From Thermoanaerobaculia bacterium (lineage in GTDB: Bacteria > Acidobacteriota > Thermoanaerobaculia > UBA5066 > Gp7-AA6), in NCBI GenBank assembly GCA_036406835.1, contig DASXAG010000080.1, forward strand, positions 64,057 through 128,056: 64,000 bases of DNA. Reading direction: 5' to 3'. This document shows positions 42,220-51,642 of this stretch, piece by piece. Position numbers and translations under genes: made by a program. The first letter of the stretch is position 1. The number at the start of each line of letters is the position of its first letter. The notes under the pieces are model-generated. The model was not told where the DNA came from and ran no database searches. It saw only the letters and a list, made by a program, of their open reading frames with translations.

Positions 42220-43226
42220 AACGCCTTCGATCCTCGGGACTCCTCCGCTCCGCGGCGCTCGCCTTGCTCGCGGGAACTGTCGTCGCGGTGGGCGCCGCCT
42301 GCCGCGCGCGCGAGGCCGCCGTGCCGGCGAACGCGCCGACGCGGGCGCCGCTCTCGATGCCGGCCCGCGTCTCGGCGAACGCGAAGAAGTATCCGTTGAA
42401 GGGCGTGATCACCGCGGTCGACCCGGCCGGCGCCGGGATCACGGTCGCGCACGAGCCCGTGGAGGGAGTCCTCGGTGCCGCCACGACGTCCTTCACGGTT
42501 CGCGACGACCCCAAGGTCGTGGCCCTCTTGCGGCCCGGGGACCGGATCGAGGCGAGGCTCGTGGTGGACGGAAACGAGCGGTTTCTCGAGGAGATCCTGA
42601 CGAAGGGGTTCGTGCCGAGCCCGGCATCCGGCACGCCGGCATCCGCGCCGGCGTCATCGCCCGGGAGCACCGGCGCTTCGATGCTCGCGCGGCCGCCGGG
42701 AGAGAGGCCCGACCTGCCCGAGCCCAACAAGGGCGTCGCGCCGGGAGACGCCGTACCGGACTTCGCGCTCGTCGACCAGACGGGGAAGACCGTGCGGCTC
42801 TCGCAGTTTCGCGGAACGCCGGTCGCGGTGACGTTCGCGTACACGCGATGCCCGGTCGCGACGGCGTGCCCGATGACGATGACCAAGTTCGCGAAGATCG
42901 ACGCGGCGCTTGCGAAGAAGAATTACGGCGAGCTGCTCTCGATCACGGTCGACCCCGCGAACGACACGCCGGCCGTCCTGCGCGACTTCGCGTCGCGGAT
43001 CGGCGCGGATCCGAAGCGCTGGAAGTTTCTGACGGGCGACCCGAAGGCCGTCGCGCGCGCCGCGGAGTCCTTCGGCGTTCTCTACTACCCCGACCACGGC
43101 CAGATCGTCCACGGACAGGCGGTGGCGGTGGTCGATCCGCAGGGAAGGCTCGCGGCGATCTATTTCGGAGAAATGTGGGACGCGGAGACGGTGTTGCGCG
43201 ATTTGGAGAAAGCGAGGAACGGATGA
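42216..43226 (+). CDS. SCO1/SenC-family thioredoxin-fold protein with an N-terminal OB-like (CusF-like but Met-less) domain
   Basis: 336 aa. FALVDQTGKTVRLSQFRGTPVAVTFAYTRCPVATACP shows an expanded CPxxxxxCP in place of the usual CxxxC. The N-terminal LKGVITAVDPAGAGITVAHEPV resembles CusF-type domains. Confidence 0.65.
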   Translation: MKRLRSSGLLRSAALALLAGTVVAVGAACRAREAAVPANAPTRAPLSMPARVSANAKKYPLKGVITAVDPAGAGITVAHEPVEGVLGAATTSFTVRDDPKVVALLRPGDRIEARLVVDGNERFLEEILTKGFVPSPASGTPASAPASSPGSTGASMLARPPGERPDLPEPNKGVAPGDAVPDFALVDQTGKTVRLSQFRGTPVAVTFAYTRCPVATACPMTMTKFAKIDAALAKKNYGELLSITVDPANDTPAVLRDFASRIGADPKRWKFLTGDPKAVARAAESFGVLYYPDHGQIVHGQAVAVVDPQGRLAAIYFGEMWDAETVLRDLEKARNG

Positions 43227-43570
43227 AGGGATCGAGACTCCTGGCGGCGCTCGCGTTCGGCGTGATCGTGGGCTTCGGGCTCACCCTCTATGCGAAGGAT
43301 CGGGACGAAGGGCATCCTTCGGACCTGTTCAAGCAGTACTGCGCGAAGTGCCACGGCGAGGACGGCAAGGCCGAGACGGCGAAGGGCAAGCAGATGAAGG
43401 CGCGCAACTTCACCGACGCGGAATGGCAGCAGAGCAAGAGCGACTCCGACTTGATCGACTCCGTGACCAACGGCAAGGACGACGACATGCCTCCGTTCGG
43501 CAAGAAGCTGACGAAGGAGCAGATCGAGGGGCTCGTCAAGGGAGACGTGCGGAGCTTCGCGAAGAAGTAG
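43223..43570 (+). CDS. membrane-anchored monohaem c-type cytochrome
   Basis: ATG 43223 (ATGA overlap with the SCO gene). 115 aa with TM anchor LLAALAFGVIVGFGL, haem motif CAKCH and distal DDDMPPFG. Confidence 0.75.
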   Translation: MKGSRLLAALAFGVIVGFGLTLYAKDRDEGHPSDLFKQYCAKCHGEDGKAETAKGKQMKARNFTDAEWQQSKSDSDLIDSVTNGKDDDMPPFGKKLTKEQIEGLVKGDVRSFAKK

Positions 43571-43574
43571 ACGC

Positions 43575-44411
43575 TCAGCGGGAAGGCCGGACTCGGGAGA
43601 GCACGGCCTCCCAGTCGTTGGGAACCAGCGGAAGTCGGAACTCGGGAGACGCGCCCTCGGGCGCGTCTTTCCATGTCCGGGGAACCCACTCCTCGACGAT
43701 CGCCGCGAAGCGCTCCTCGAGGACCCGCGAGCCCGGGTCGAGCCGCGTGACCACGGCGAGACCCGTCGGGTAGGTCGGGATCACGAAGACGTCGAGATCC
43801 GGTCGAAGCCGCTGCAGGATCGGCACGATCTTCCAGACGTCTCCGGTCCAGAAGCCCGTCTGTCGCGCACGGGTCGCGGTCGCGGCGTCGAGCGGCAGGC
43901 AGTCGTGAAAGAGGACGACCGACTCGGGGGCGGCGTGCCGCTCGACGTGCAGGAAGTCCCGGAGCGCCTGCTCGAACAGGTGGAGGCCGTCGACGAAGGC
44001 GAGGTCGATCGCGTGGCCGAACTCCGCCTCGACGTCGTGCATGGCGAAGAAGACGTCGCTCTCGAGGGCGAAGAGCTTCGTTTCCGCGGCGAACGGAATG
44101 CCTTCACCCTTCGCCGCCGGATCCACGCCGATCGCGACCGTGGGCGGACGCGCGAGCGAGAGCGTGCGTCCCGCGTCGACGCCGATCTCGAGATAGGTCC
44201 GCGGCCGCAGCGCCCCGTGGAAGCGGCGCAGATAGCCGAGGAAGTCCTCGCCGGGGAGCTTCGCGTGCGCCATGCAGACGTGCGCCGCGAGGCAATCGGG
44301 GTCGATCGCGAGCGCTCTCCGGCTCGCGGCGATCGCGCCCGCACGATCCCCGGCGTCGAGCCGAACCTGAGCTCGAGCCGCCTCGGCGGCGGCGGCGGGC
44401 GACTCGCCCAC
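43575..44411 (-). CDS. class I SAM-dependent methyltransferase (Methyltransf_24-like) with a short TPR-like N-terminus
   Basis: C-terminal part of track ORF 43575..46805. TYLEIGVDAGRTLSLA, FVDGLHLFEQALRDF and VVLFHDC. The start is GTG 44411 or ATG 44273. Confidence 0.55.
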   Translation of the reverse strand: MGESPAAAAEAARAQVRLDAGDRAGAIAASRRALAIDPDCLAAHVCMAHAKLPGEDFLGYLRRFHGALRPRTYLEIGVDAGRTLSLARPPTVAIGVDPAAKGEGIPFAAETKLFALESDVFFAMHDVEAEFGHAIDLAFVDGLHLFEQALRDFLHVERHAAPESVVLFHDCLPLDAATATRARQTGFWTGDVWKIVPILQRLRPDLDVFVIPTYPTGLAVVTRLDPGSRVLEERFAAIVEEWVPRTWKDAPEGASPEFRLPLVPNDWEAVLSRVRPSR

Positions 44412-44416
44412 GGCGG

Positions 44417-45703
44417 CTAGTACACCCCGTCTTCGAGCGAGACGCCGAAGAGGCCGGAGTACATCTTGGGAAAGAAGTGCGTGGACTTCTGAGGCAGGCG
44501 GTCGCCCTCGGAGACGACCGCTTCGACGTCCGACACCGTCGTCGGCCGCATGAGGATCGCCGCCTGGACATCGCTCGTCGCGTCCGTCGCCCCCTTCTCG
44601 GCGGCGGCGATGGCCGCGGCGGCGTTCGACGTGAACGAGACGAAGTCGCCCTTCGCGATCTGCTCGGGCCCGATCCCGAGGAGCTTCTGGAAGAGCGCGA
44701 CCTCGAGCGCCGCCGTGTCGAGCGCCTTCCACGCATTCGAGCGATCCGCCGGCCAGGGAAGGCCCGCCGCGTCCTCCCGCAGGGTCCAGAGCGCGGCGCG
44801 CGCGGGCGGCGCGAGCACCACGAACGCGGGCAGGAGCCGCGAGTGGGTCTGGAGCGCGTCGAAGGCCTCCTGCGGCGAGGCGTATTCGCGCACCGTGAAG
44901 ATCGCGCGCGCCGACTCGAGAAGGCGCTCCGGCCGCCAGTCGGGCACGCCGGCGAGCAGCCGGTGGATCGGGCGCACGATCAGGCCTTCGGACGCCATGT
45001 CGACGATCGCGCAGAGCTTGTAGCGCGCGCCGGGAAGCTTCGCGGCCGCGGGGTTCTCGGAGAACGCGAGCGCGGTCTCCCAGCGGTGGTGGCCGTCGGC
45101 GATGATCGCCTCGGCGTTCTTGACGAGTCCCTGCAGCTCGACGTGCGCGGCGTAGTCGCCGATGCGGAAGGCGTCGTGTCGGACGCCGTCGGCGTCCTCG
45201 GCGGAGAGATCCGGCGGGCGCCGCGTCGAGAGGGCCGCCGCGAGCGGCGCCCGAGTCAGCAGGAAGACGAGCTCGAAGTCGGCGCGCGTCGCGGCCAGGA
45301 GCGAGAGGCGATCCGCCTTCGGCTTGGCGAGCGTGAGCTCGTGGGGATGGACGATGCCCGCCGCGTACTCCGAGACGCGGACGAGACCCACGAGCGCGTT
45401 GCGGACGAAGGTCTGCCCGTCGACGGCGAAGGTCTGGCGATAGATCCACAGCCCCGGCCTCCGCTCCTTCTCGAGGGTGCCGTCCGCGAGGAAGGCGAGG
45501 AGCGACACGGTGGCGTCCTGGTACGGGTTGCCGTCCTTCTTCGGGTAGGTCACGCGCACGATGTTCTCGGGCGCGCGCGCGTACAGGGACTCCTGCAGCG
45601 CCGGCGAGATCTGGTCGTACGGCGGCGCGAAGACGGCGGCGAGCCCCCGCTCCCGCAGGACGCGGGAAGAGAAGCGCAGCGAGCGAAACGGGCGAAGCTC
45701 CAT
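44417..45703 (-). CDS. DUF1015 family protein
   Basis: Track ORF 44417..45736. The likely start is ATG 45703 (MELRPFRSLRFS). VFAPPYDQIS, HPHELTLAKPKADRL and IADGHHRWETA match the DUF1015 pattern. Confidence 0.75.
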   Translation of the reverse strand: MELRPFRSLRFSSRVLRERGLAAVFAPPYDQISPALQESLYARAPENIVRVTYPKKDGNPYQDATVSLLAFLADGTLEKERRPGLWIYRQTFAVDGQTFVRNALVGLVRVSEYAAGIVHPHELTLAKPKADRLSLLAATRADFELVFLLTRAPLAAALSTRRPPDLSAEDADGVRHDAFRIGDYAAHVELQGLVKNAEAIIADGHHRWETALAFSENPAAAKLPGARYKLCAIVDMASEGLIVRPIHRLLAGVPDWRPERLLESARAIFTVREYASPQEAFDALQTHSRLLPAFVVLAPPARAALWTLREDAAGLPWPADRSNAWKALDTAALEVALFQKLLGIGPEQIAKGDFVSFTSNAAAAIAAAEKGATDATSDVQAAILMRPTTVSDVEAVVSEGDRLPQKSTHFFPKMYSGLFGVSLEDGVY

Positions 45704-45761
45704 GGAAGTCGGAGCGCATTCTAGCCGCTGATCCACGGCACCGCGCTACACTGAGGTCGAG

Positions 45762-46697
45762 GTGATCTCGCTCTCTCGGGCCATCGATTCCTTCCAGGCG
45801 TACGTCGCCGACGAGCGGCGCTTCTCCCCGAGGACCGTCCTGGCGTACCGGACCGACCTCGACCGCTTCGCGAACTTCTGGGAGACCGAGTTCGCGCACG
45901 AGAACGCGGGCAAGACTCCGCTGTCCCGCATCGACACCCTGGCCGTCCGCTCCTACCTCGCCTCCCTGCATCGGGCGAAGCTCTCGAACCGCTCCCTCGC
46001 GCGGCACCTCTCCACGCTGCGCTCGTTCTTCCGCTGGGCCTGCCGCGAGGAGCACCTCGAGAAGAACCCCGCCCGCGGACTGCCCGCGCCCCGCATTCCG
46101 CGGACGCTGCCGCGCGCGCTGACGCTCCCCGACACCGAGCGGCTCCTCGACGACACGATCGCCGGGGAGGAGGGACCCGTCCCCGAGCGCGAGCGCGCGC
46201 TCTTCGAGCTGCTCTACGCGACCGGCCTGCGCGTGTCCGAGGCCGCCGGGCTGGACCTCGAGGACGTCGATTTTTCCGCGCGTCTCGTGCGCGTGACGGG
46301 CAAGGGGAGCCGCGAGCGCATCGTCCCCTTCGGCGAGACGGCCGCCGAGGCGCTGCGCGACTACCTGCCGGCGCGCGCGGCGTTGCGGAGAGCGGTCGAG
46401 GACGACGATCCCGAATCCGGCGAGCCGCTCTTCGTCAACGCGCGCGGCGGCCGGCTGACGACGCGCTCGATGGCGCGCCTGCTCAAGCGCCGCCTGCGCG
46501 CCGCGGGCCTGCCCGAGGAGATCTCGCCGCACGCGCTGCGGCACACCTTCGCGACGCACCTGCTCCAGGCCGGCGCCGACCTGCGCGCCATTCAGGAGCT
46601 CCTGGGCCACGCCTCGCTCTCGACGACGCAGAAGTACACCCACCTCGACGCGGCGAGGCTGCGCGAGGTGTACCGGAATGCGCATCCGAAGGCCTGA
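45762..46697 (+). CDS. xerC: tyrosine recombinase XerC
   Basis: 311 aa, GTG start. SPRTVLAYRTDLDRF (N-terminal SAM-like domain), ATGLRVSEA, HALRHTFATHLL and LGHASLSTTQKYTH (catalytic Tyr). Confidence 0.9.
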   Translation: MISLSRAIDSFQAYVADERRFSPRTVLAYRTDLDRFANFWETEFAHENAGKTPLSRIDTLAVRSYLASLHRAKLSNRSLARHLSTLRSFFRWACREEHLEKNPARGLPAPRIPRTLPRALTLPDTERLLDDTIAGEEGPVPERERALFELLYATGLRVSEAAGLDLEDVDFSARLVRVTGKGSRERIVPFGETAAEALRDYLPARAALRRAVEDDDPESGEPLFVNARGGRLTTRSMARLLKRRLRAAGLPEEISPHALRHTFATHLLQAGADLRAIQELLGHASLSTTQKYTHLDAARLREVYRNAHPKA

Positions 46698-47934
46698 GCG
46701 GCTCCTGTTCGCGGCGTTTGGAATGCTGGCCTTCGGGGCCGGGATCGGCTTCGCCCAACGGCCGCCGACCGCGCCGCTTCCACCCCTGCTCGCCGAGATC
46801 GACAAGGCGGTCCATGAGCTCTTCTACGACCCCACGCTGAAGGGCGTCGACTGGGACGGCGCCCTGAGGAAGGCGGCGCAGGAGCTCTCGCAGACCGAGG
46901 AGAAGGCGCGGCAGGACGCGATCTACGACCGCCTCCTCGCGACGCTCGAGGACTCGCACACCTTCCGGCTGCCGCCGGGGAGGCTGCCGGAGCACGACTG
47001 GTGGACTGCCGGTCTCCGCATGGGGCAGGACGGCGACGGCTACGCCGTGAAGGGCGTTGTCCCCGGCGGCGCGGCGGATGCCGCGGGACTCCGGATCGGC
47101 GACCGCATCCTCGCCGTCGACGGCGTCGCCTACGGGAAGTCGCGGGTCTCGTTCCGCGACCTCTTCTTCGTCTTCGAGGGAGGCCCGGGCGGCTCGGTCG
47201 AGGTCACGTGGCAGCGTCCCGGCGAGTCCGTGCGCAAGGATCGGCTCGCGCTCAAGCCCGAGGATCCCGGCGAGGCCCTCGTGTGGAAGAGCGCGCGCGT
47301 GATCCGGCGCGACGGGAAGAACTGGGGCTACGTGCGGCTCTGGGGCATGAGCGCCGAGACCGCGCTCGCCGTCGTCGACCTGCTCCTCGACCGCGACGAG
47401 GTCGCGCGCTCGCGGCCGGGTCTCGCCGGCTGGAACGAGATCGAGGGCCTGATCCTGGACGACCGCGGCAACAGCGGCGGCTACGATCCCAACATCCTTC
47501 CCACGTTCCTGCGCGGACAGTGGAGCTCCGGCGATTACTACAAGATCTCGCGCCGCGGGAAGCGGCTCGTGCCGCCGGTCTACAAGACGTTGCCGGTGGT
47601 GCTCTTGATCAACTCGGGAACGGCCTCGGCGGGGGAGTCGCTCGCGCTGAAGTTCCGCGCGCACGGCATCGGGCCTCTCGTCGGCGAGGCGACGTCGGGA
47701 ATGGCCAGCGGCGGCGCGAACCCGACGAAGCTCTCCGACGGTTCGATGCTCTGGCTCGCGCGGGAGGCGATCGAGACCCTGGACGGCAAGAGCTTCGAGG
47801 GGCGCGGGATCGAGCCGGACGTGCCGGTCGCGGACCGGCCCGCCGCCAGGGCGGGTCAGGAGGAGGCCGTGATCGAAGCCGGCCTGAAGACGCTCGCGGC
47901 CGCGACGGCTCCCGCCGCGGCGCCCGCCCGATGA
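46678..47934 (+). CDS. S41-family (C-terminal processing) peptidase with a PDZ domain
   Basis: 418 aa with a signal peptide. PDZ region [13 protein letters not shown], and Ser nucleophile context [13 protein letters not shown]. Overlaps the xerC end by 20 nt. Confidence 0.8.
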   Translation: MRIRRPERLLFAAFGMLAFGAGIGFAQRPPTAPLPPLLAEIDKAVHELFYDPTLKGVDWDGALRKAAQELSQTEEKARQDAIYDRLLATLEDSHTFRLPPGRLPEHDWWTAGLRMGQDGDGYAVKGVVPGGAADAAGLRIGDRILAVDGVAYGKSRVSFRDLFFVFEGGPGGSVEVTWQRPGESVRKDRLALKPEDPGEALVWKSARVIRRDGKNWGYVRLWGMSAETALAVVDLLLDRDEVARSRPGLAGWNEIEGLILDDRGNSGGYDPNILPTFLRGQWSSGDYYKISRRGKRLVPPVYKTLPVVLLINSGTASAGESLALKFRAHGIGPLVGEATSGMASGGANPTKLSDGSMLWLAREAIETLDGKSFEGRGIEPDVPVADRPAARAGQEEAVIEAGLKTLAAATAPAAAPAR

Positions 47935-47966
47935 AGCAAACGGCGCCTGCTGTATCCTCCGCGTCG

Positions 47967-48503
47967 ATGGAGAAGTGGCATTCGACGACGGTGGTCTGCG
48001 TGCGCCATTCGGGGAAGGTGGCCATGGCCTCGGACGGCCAGGTCACGCTCGGCAACACGATCATGAAGGCGTCCGCGGCGAAGATCCGCCGGCTCAAGGG
48101 CGGCGAGGTGCTGGCCGGCTTCGCGGGCTCCTCGGCCGACGCGTTCGCGCTCTTCTCGCGCTTCGAGGCCAAGCTCGAGGAGCACCGCGGGAACCTCGAG
48201 CGCTCGGCGATCGAGCTCGCCAAGGAGTGGCGCACCGACAAGATGCTCCGTCAGCTCGAGGCCCTGCTCGTGGTCGCCGACAAGAAGAGCTCGCTCCTCA
48301 TCTCGGGCACGGGAGACCTGATCTCGCCCGACGAGGGCGTGCTCGCGATCGGATCCGGCGGCGCCTTCGCGCTCGCGGCGGCGCGCGCGCTGCTCAAGCA
48401 CAAGCCGGAGCTCTCCGCCGCGGACGTCGCGCGCGAGGCGCTCCTGATCGCCTCGCAGATCGACATCTACACGAACGACCGCGTCACGATCGAGGAGCTC
48501 TAG
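47967..48503 (+). CDS. hslV: ATP-dependent protease subunit HslV (CodW-like N-terminus)
   Basis: In the frame of track ORF 47001..48503. [14 protein letters not shown]..., [10 protein letters not shown] and AIGSGG. The alternative start ATG 47931 forms an ATGA overlap with the S41 stop and would add 12 aa. Confidence 0.9.
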   Translation: MEKWHSTTVVCVRHSGKVAMASDGQVTLGNTIMKASAAKIRRLKGGEVLAGFAGSSADAFALFSRFEAKLEEHRGNLERSAIELAKEWRTDKMLRQLEALLVVADKKSSLLISGTGDLISPDEGVLAIGSGGAFALAAARALLKHKPELSAADVAREALLIASQIDIYTNDRVTIEEL

Positions 48504-48582
48504 GGCCCGGCGCCCGACTAAGCCCTTTCCATCCAGATCCTTAGCGTTCGGCGGGCGCTTCCTCTCGCGGGCGGGCATAGGA

Positions 48583-48599
48583 TTTCCTCACGGAGGAAA
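48583..48599 (+). promoter_or_regulatory. small hairpin enclosing the Shine-Dalgarno sequence of the FG-GAP gene
   Basis: TTTCCTC (48583-48589) pairs with GAGGAAA (48593-48599) around a 3-nt loop. GGAGGA lies in the 3' arm, 6 nt before ATG 48604. Confidence 0.3.
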
Positions 48600-48603
48600 C
48601 CTC

Positions 48604-51588
48604 ATGAGGACGCGTCTGGCGGTCCTGGTGGCCTCTCTTCTCGCCTGTCCATTTCTGGTCAGCGCCGAGGCGCGGCACGCGCCCGGGGGAGCACGGCCCA
48701 CCAACGTGTACGGCGCGCCGACGATCGGCGACCACGGTGAGCGCATCACGTACACGCGCGCGGAGATCGACGCGCAGCGATCGATGGCGGCGCCGAGAGT
48801 CGTGTCGACGCCGGCTGGAACGACGGGAGTGCCCGCGATCTGGTCCTACAAGATCTTCGGCGCCGGGATCGGCGTCTCGAACATCCTCATCGGGAGGTCC
48901 GGCGGAAAGCGCGAGGTCTACGTCGGCGCTGCGCCCGAGGGGTTCGGGCCGGATCAGTACTGGTACGCGCTCCGCCGCTCGAGCAGCGGTCCCGATTACC
49001 AGCAGACGTTCGTCAGCGAGATCCTGCCCGCGCCGATCGTCCGCATGGCTCTGGGGCAGCTGGGGCTCAGCGCGAGCCGGCAGATCGTCCTCGCGCTCGA
49101 GGACGGCGAGATCCTCGTCTACGACGAGGAAAGCCGGCTCCCGCTGCCGGGGTTCTCGACCGTCGCCGAGCCGAAGGACATGGTTCTTCGGGACCTGGAC
49201 GGAGACGGGAACGACGAGCTGATCCTGACGACCGATTCGGCTCTCTACGTCTATTCGAGCGACGGCACGCCCCTCTGGAACGTTCCCGGCGTCGGCGGGG
49301 GCGTGACGGTGGGACAGATGGATTCGGACCCGGCCCTCGAGATCGCGACGACGAGCGGCGACGTCGTCGACGCGGCCACGCATGCGGTGCAGTGGCACTG
49401 GCCCAACGGATTCGGCTGGATCGTTCGAGCCGCGGACATCGACGACGACGGCCGCGACGAGCTCGTCGCGGCGGACCCGTGGAACTACGTCTGGGCCTAC
49501 GACGTCGAGCGCCAGCTTCCCAAGTGGTCGCTGACCGCGAGCGATCACGACATCGGAGCGATCGAGCTCGTGGACGTCGACTGCGACGGCCGCCCCGACC
49601 TGATCGTCGGCGAGAACCAATGGGGAAGCGTCAAGGCCTTCGACACGGTTTCGATGGCGCTGAAGTGGTCGATTCCCAACCCCGAACACGGCGTCACCGG
49701 CATCGCCATCGGGGACTCCGACGGGGACCTCCTGGACAACGTGCTCTGGGGCGCCGGATGGACGAGCACGGGCCCCGATCACCTGTACGTCGTGGATCTG
49801 CCGACACAAACGATGCAGTGGACGAGCCTCGACCTGGTCGGTCCGCTCCTCGGTCCCGCGGTCGGCGACATCGTCGGGGACGGCTCCGAGGAGATCGTCG
49901 CCATCGCGAGCCTCTCGGACGCGGGCTATTCCGGCAGCCGGATCCTCGTCTTCGACGCGAAGACCCGGGCGCTTCGCGCGATTTCGGATCCGATCGACTA
50001 CGGGTTCTATCCGACGCTCGACTTCAAGCTCCGCAACGTGGACGCCGATCCCGCCCTGGAGATCGTGATGGGATCCGACTATCTCTACAACGGGCGCGTT
50101 CAGGTCTTCGACTTCGACGGCGCTTCGAATGCCTTCACGCAGATCTGGAGCACCCCGACCCCCTCGGACATCTCTCCGATCGAGTCCGTCGAGGTCGCGG
50201 ACTCGGACGGCGACGGCGGGCTCGACGTGATCGCGGGCGGTAGCAACTCCGGCGGGGTCGTGTACGTCTACGACTACGCGACGGGCGCGTTGAAGTGGAA
50301 TACGTTCATTCTCGGGGGGCCGGTCCGCGACGTCGCCGTGGAGTCCGCGGGAGGCGGCCATCCGGACCTGCTCGCGATCCGCGACGACGGAGAGCTCTAT
50401 GCCTTCGACGGCGTGACGCACGAGGCGCTTCAGATCACCCCGGGCCCCTTCACCGCGATGCGCCCCAGCCCGGATTCGGGCGTGCGCTCGGTCTTCGTCG
50501 GGGACACGAGCGGCAGCGTCTACCGCTACGACCGCGGCCCGGACAAGTACGAGCTCGCGGCGACGTACCCCCTCGGTCTCGGTCGGATCGACGGCATCAC
50601 GTTCGTTTCGGGCGGAGCGACGCTCATCGGTTCCGAGGGAAAGCTCTCCTTCTACCCATCGCTCATCGGAGCACCCGCCTGGACGACGGCGGACCTCGGC
50701 GCGCCGGTCGGCCGCTACGTCTGCCAGGGCCAGGGCGCGCACGCGCGCTTCTTCACGGGCACGGGGCTGGCCGTCGTGGAGGTCAGTCCCGGGGTCGTCT
50801 ACGGCAGTTTCGCGACAGGTTCGGGGCCGGCCTCCGGAGGCACGACCGTCGTCATCGGCGCCGACGGGATCCAGTCGGGAGCCGGACTCTTCTTCGGCGA
50901 CGATTCCGCCACGAACGTTTCGGTGAGCGTGCCCACGCAGATCCAGGGCGACACGCCGCCGATGGAACCGGGCACGCTGAGGCCGATGCTCATCTTGAAT
51001 CCGGACGCGACGTTTCTGGCCGTGCCGTCGCCGTTCTTCGCCGATTTCCTGGACGTTCCCGCGGACGACCTCTTCCACGACGCGATCGAGACGATGTTCC
51101 GCCGGGCGGTCACGGGGGGCTGCGGGTCCGGTCTCTTCTGCGGGTCGCAGGCGCTGACCCGGGCCCAGATGGCCGTCTTCCTGGTGCGCGCCGGCTTCGG
51201 AGCGTCGTTCGTGGCGCCGAAGGCGCAGGGACGGATGTTCTCGGACGTCGCGTGCGGCGATTTCGGGGCCGACGAGATCGAGTGGATCGGACGGAAGGGC
51301 ATCACCGTGGGCTGCGGCGGCGGCGCCTATTGCGCCGACAACCCCGTGGCGCGGGAGGAGATGGCCGTCTTCCTGCTGAAGACCCTCGAGGGATCGGACT
51401 ACGTCCCGCCTCCGGCGCAGGGGATCTTCGACGACGTGCCTCAGGACGACCCCTTCGCACCGTGGATCGAGGACCTCGCCACGCGCGGGATCACCGGAGG
51501 CTGCGGCGACACGACGTATTGCCCCTTGCAGCCGGTGACGCGCGAGCAGATGGCGGCCTTCGTCACCAGGACGTTCTTCGTTCCCTAG
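48604..51588 (+). CDS. 994-aa secreted protein: FG-GAP/integrin-alpha-like propeller repeats, an IPT-like domain and three SLH-like C-terminal repeats
   Basis: Signal peptide MRTRLAVLVASLLACPFLVSAEA. At least 8 DxDxDG-type blades (DLDGDGNDELIL, DIDDDGRDELVA, VDCDGRPDLIV, DSDGDGGLDVIA ...). Then three repeats of F.DV....F...I......GITGGCG...YC....VTR.QMA.FL. Confidence 0.7.
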   Translation: MRTRLAVLVASLLACPFLVSAEARHAPGGARPTNVYGAPTIGDHGERITYTRAEIDAQRSMAAPRVVSTPAGTTGVPAIWSYKIFGAGIGVSNILIGRSGGKREVYVGAAPEGFGPDQYWYALRRSSSGPDYQQTFVSEILPAPIVRMALGQLGLSASRQIVLALEDGEILVYDEESRLPLPGFSTVAEPKDMVLRDLDGDGNDELILTTDSALYVYSSDGTPLWNVPGVGGGVTVGQMDSDPALEIATTSGDVVDAATHAVQWHWPNGFGWIVRAADIDDDGRDELVAADPWNYVWAYDVERQLPKWSLTASDHDIGAIELVDVDCDGRPDLIVGENQWGSVKAFDTVSMALKWSIPNPEHGVTGIAIGDSDGDLLDNVLWGAGWTSTGPDHLYVVDLPTQTMQWTSLDLVGPLLGPAVGDIVGDGSEEIVAIASLSDAGYSGSRILVFDAKTRALRAISDPIDYGFYPTLDFKLRNVDADPALEIVMGSDYLYNGRVQVFDFDGASNAFTQIWSTPTPSDISPIESVEVADSDGDGGLDVIAGGSNSGGVVYVYDYATGALKWNTFILGGPVRDVAVESAGGGHPDLLAIRDDGELYAFDGVTHEALQITPGPFTAMRPSPDSGVRSVFVGDTSGSVYRYDRGPDKYELAATYPLGLGRIDGITFVSGGATLIGSEGKLSFYPSLIGAPAWTTADLGAPVGRYVCQGQGAHARFFTGTGLAVVEVSPGVVYGSFATGSGPASGGTTVVIGADGIQSGAGLFFGDDSATNVSVSVPTQIQGDTPPMEPGTLRPMLILNPDATFLAVPSPFFADFLDVPADDLFHDAIETMFRRAVTGGCGSGLFCGSQALTRAQMAVFLVRAGFGASFVAPKAQGRMFSDVACGDFGADEIEWIGRKGITVGCGGGAYCADNPVAREEMAVFLLKTLEGSDYVPPPAQGIFDDVPQDDPFAPWIEDLATRGITGGCGDTTYCPLQPVTREQMAAFVTRTFFVP

Positions 51589-51642
51589 GCACGGCGCCCC
51601 GGGCGGGGAGGAAGGCGCGAAACCCGCGTCTCTGCTATTTTT

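Noticed and set aside
45762-46697. The tyrosine recombinase as a possible integrase marking a mobile element or genomic island
   Set aside because: The sequence has XerC hallmarks, and the gene sits in the conserved xerC-hslV-hslU housekeeping context. No flanking direct repeats, tRNA target, excisionase or phage genes were seen.
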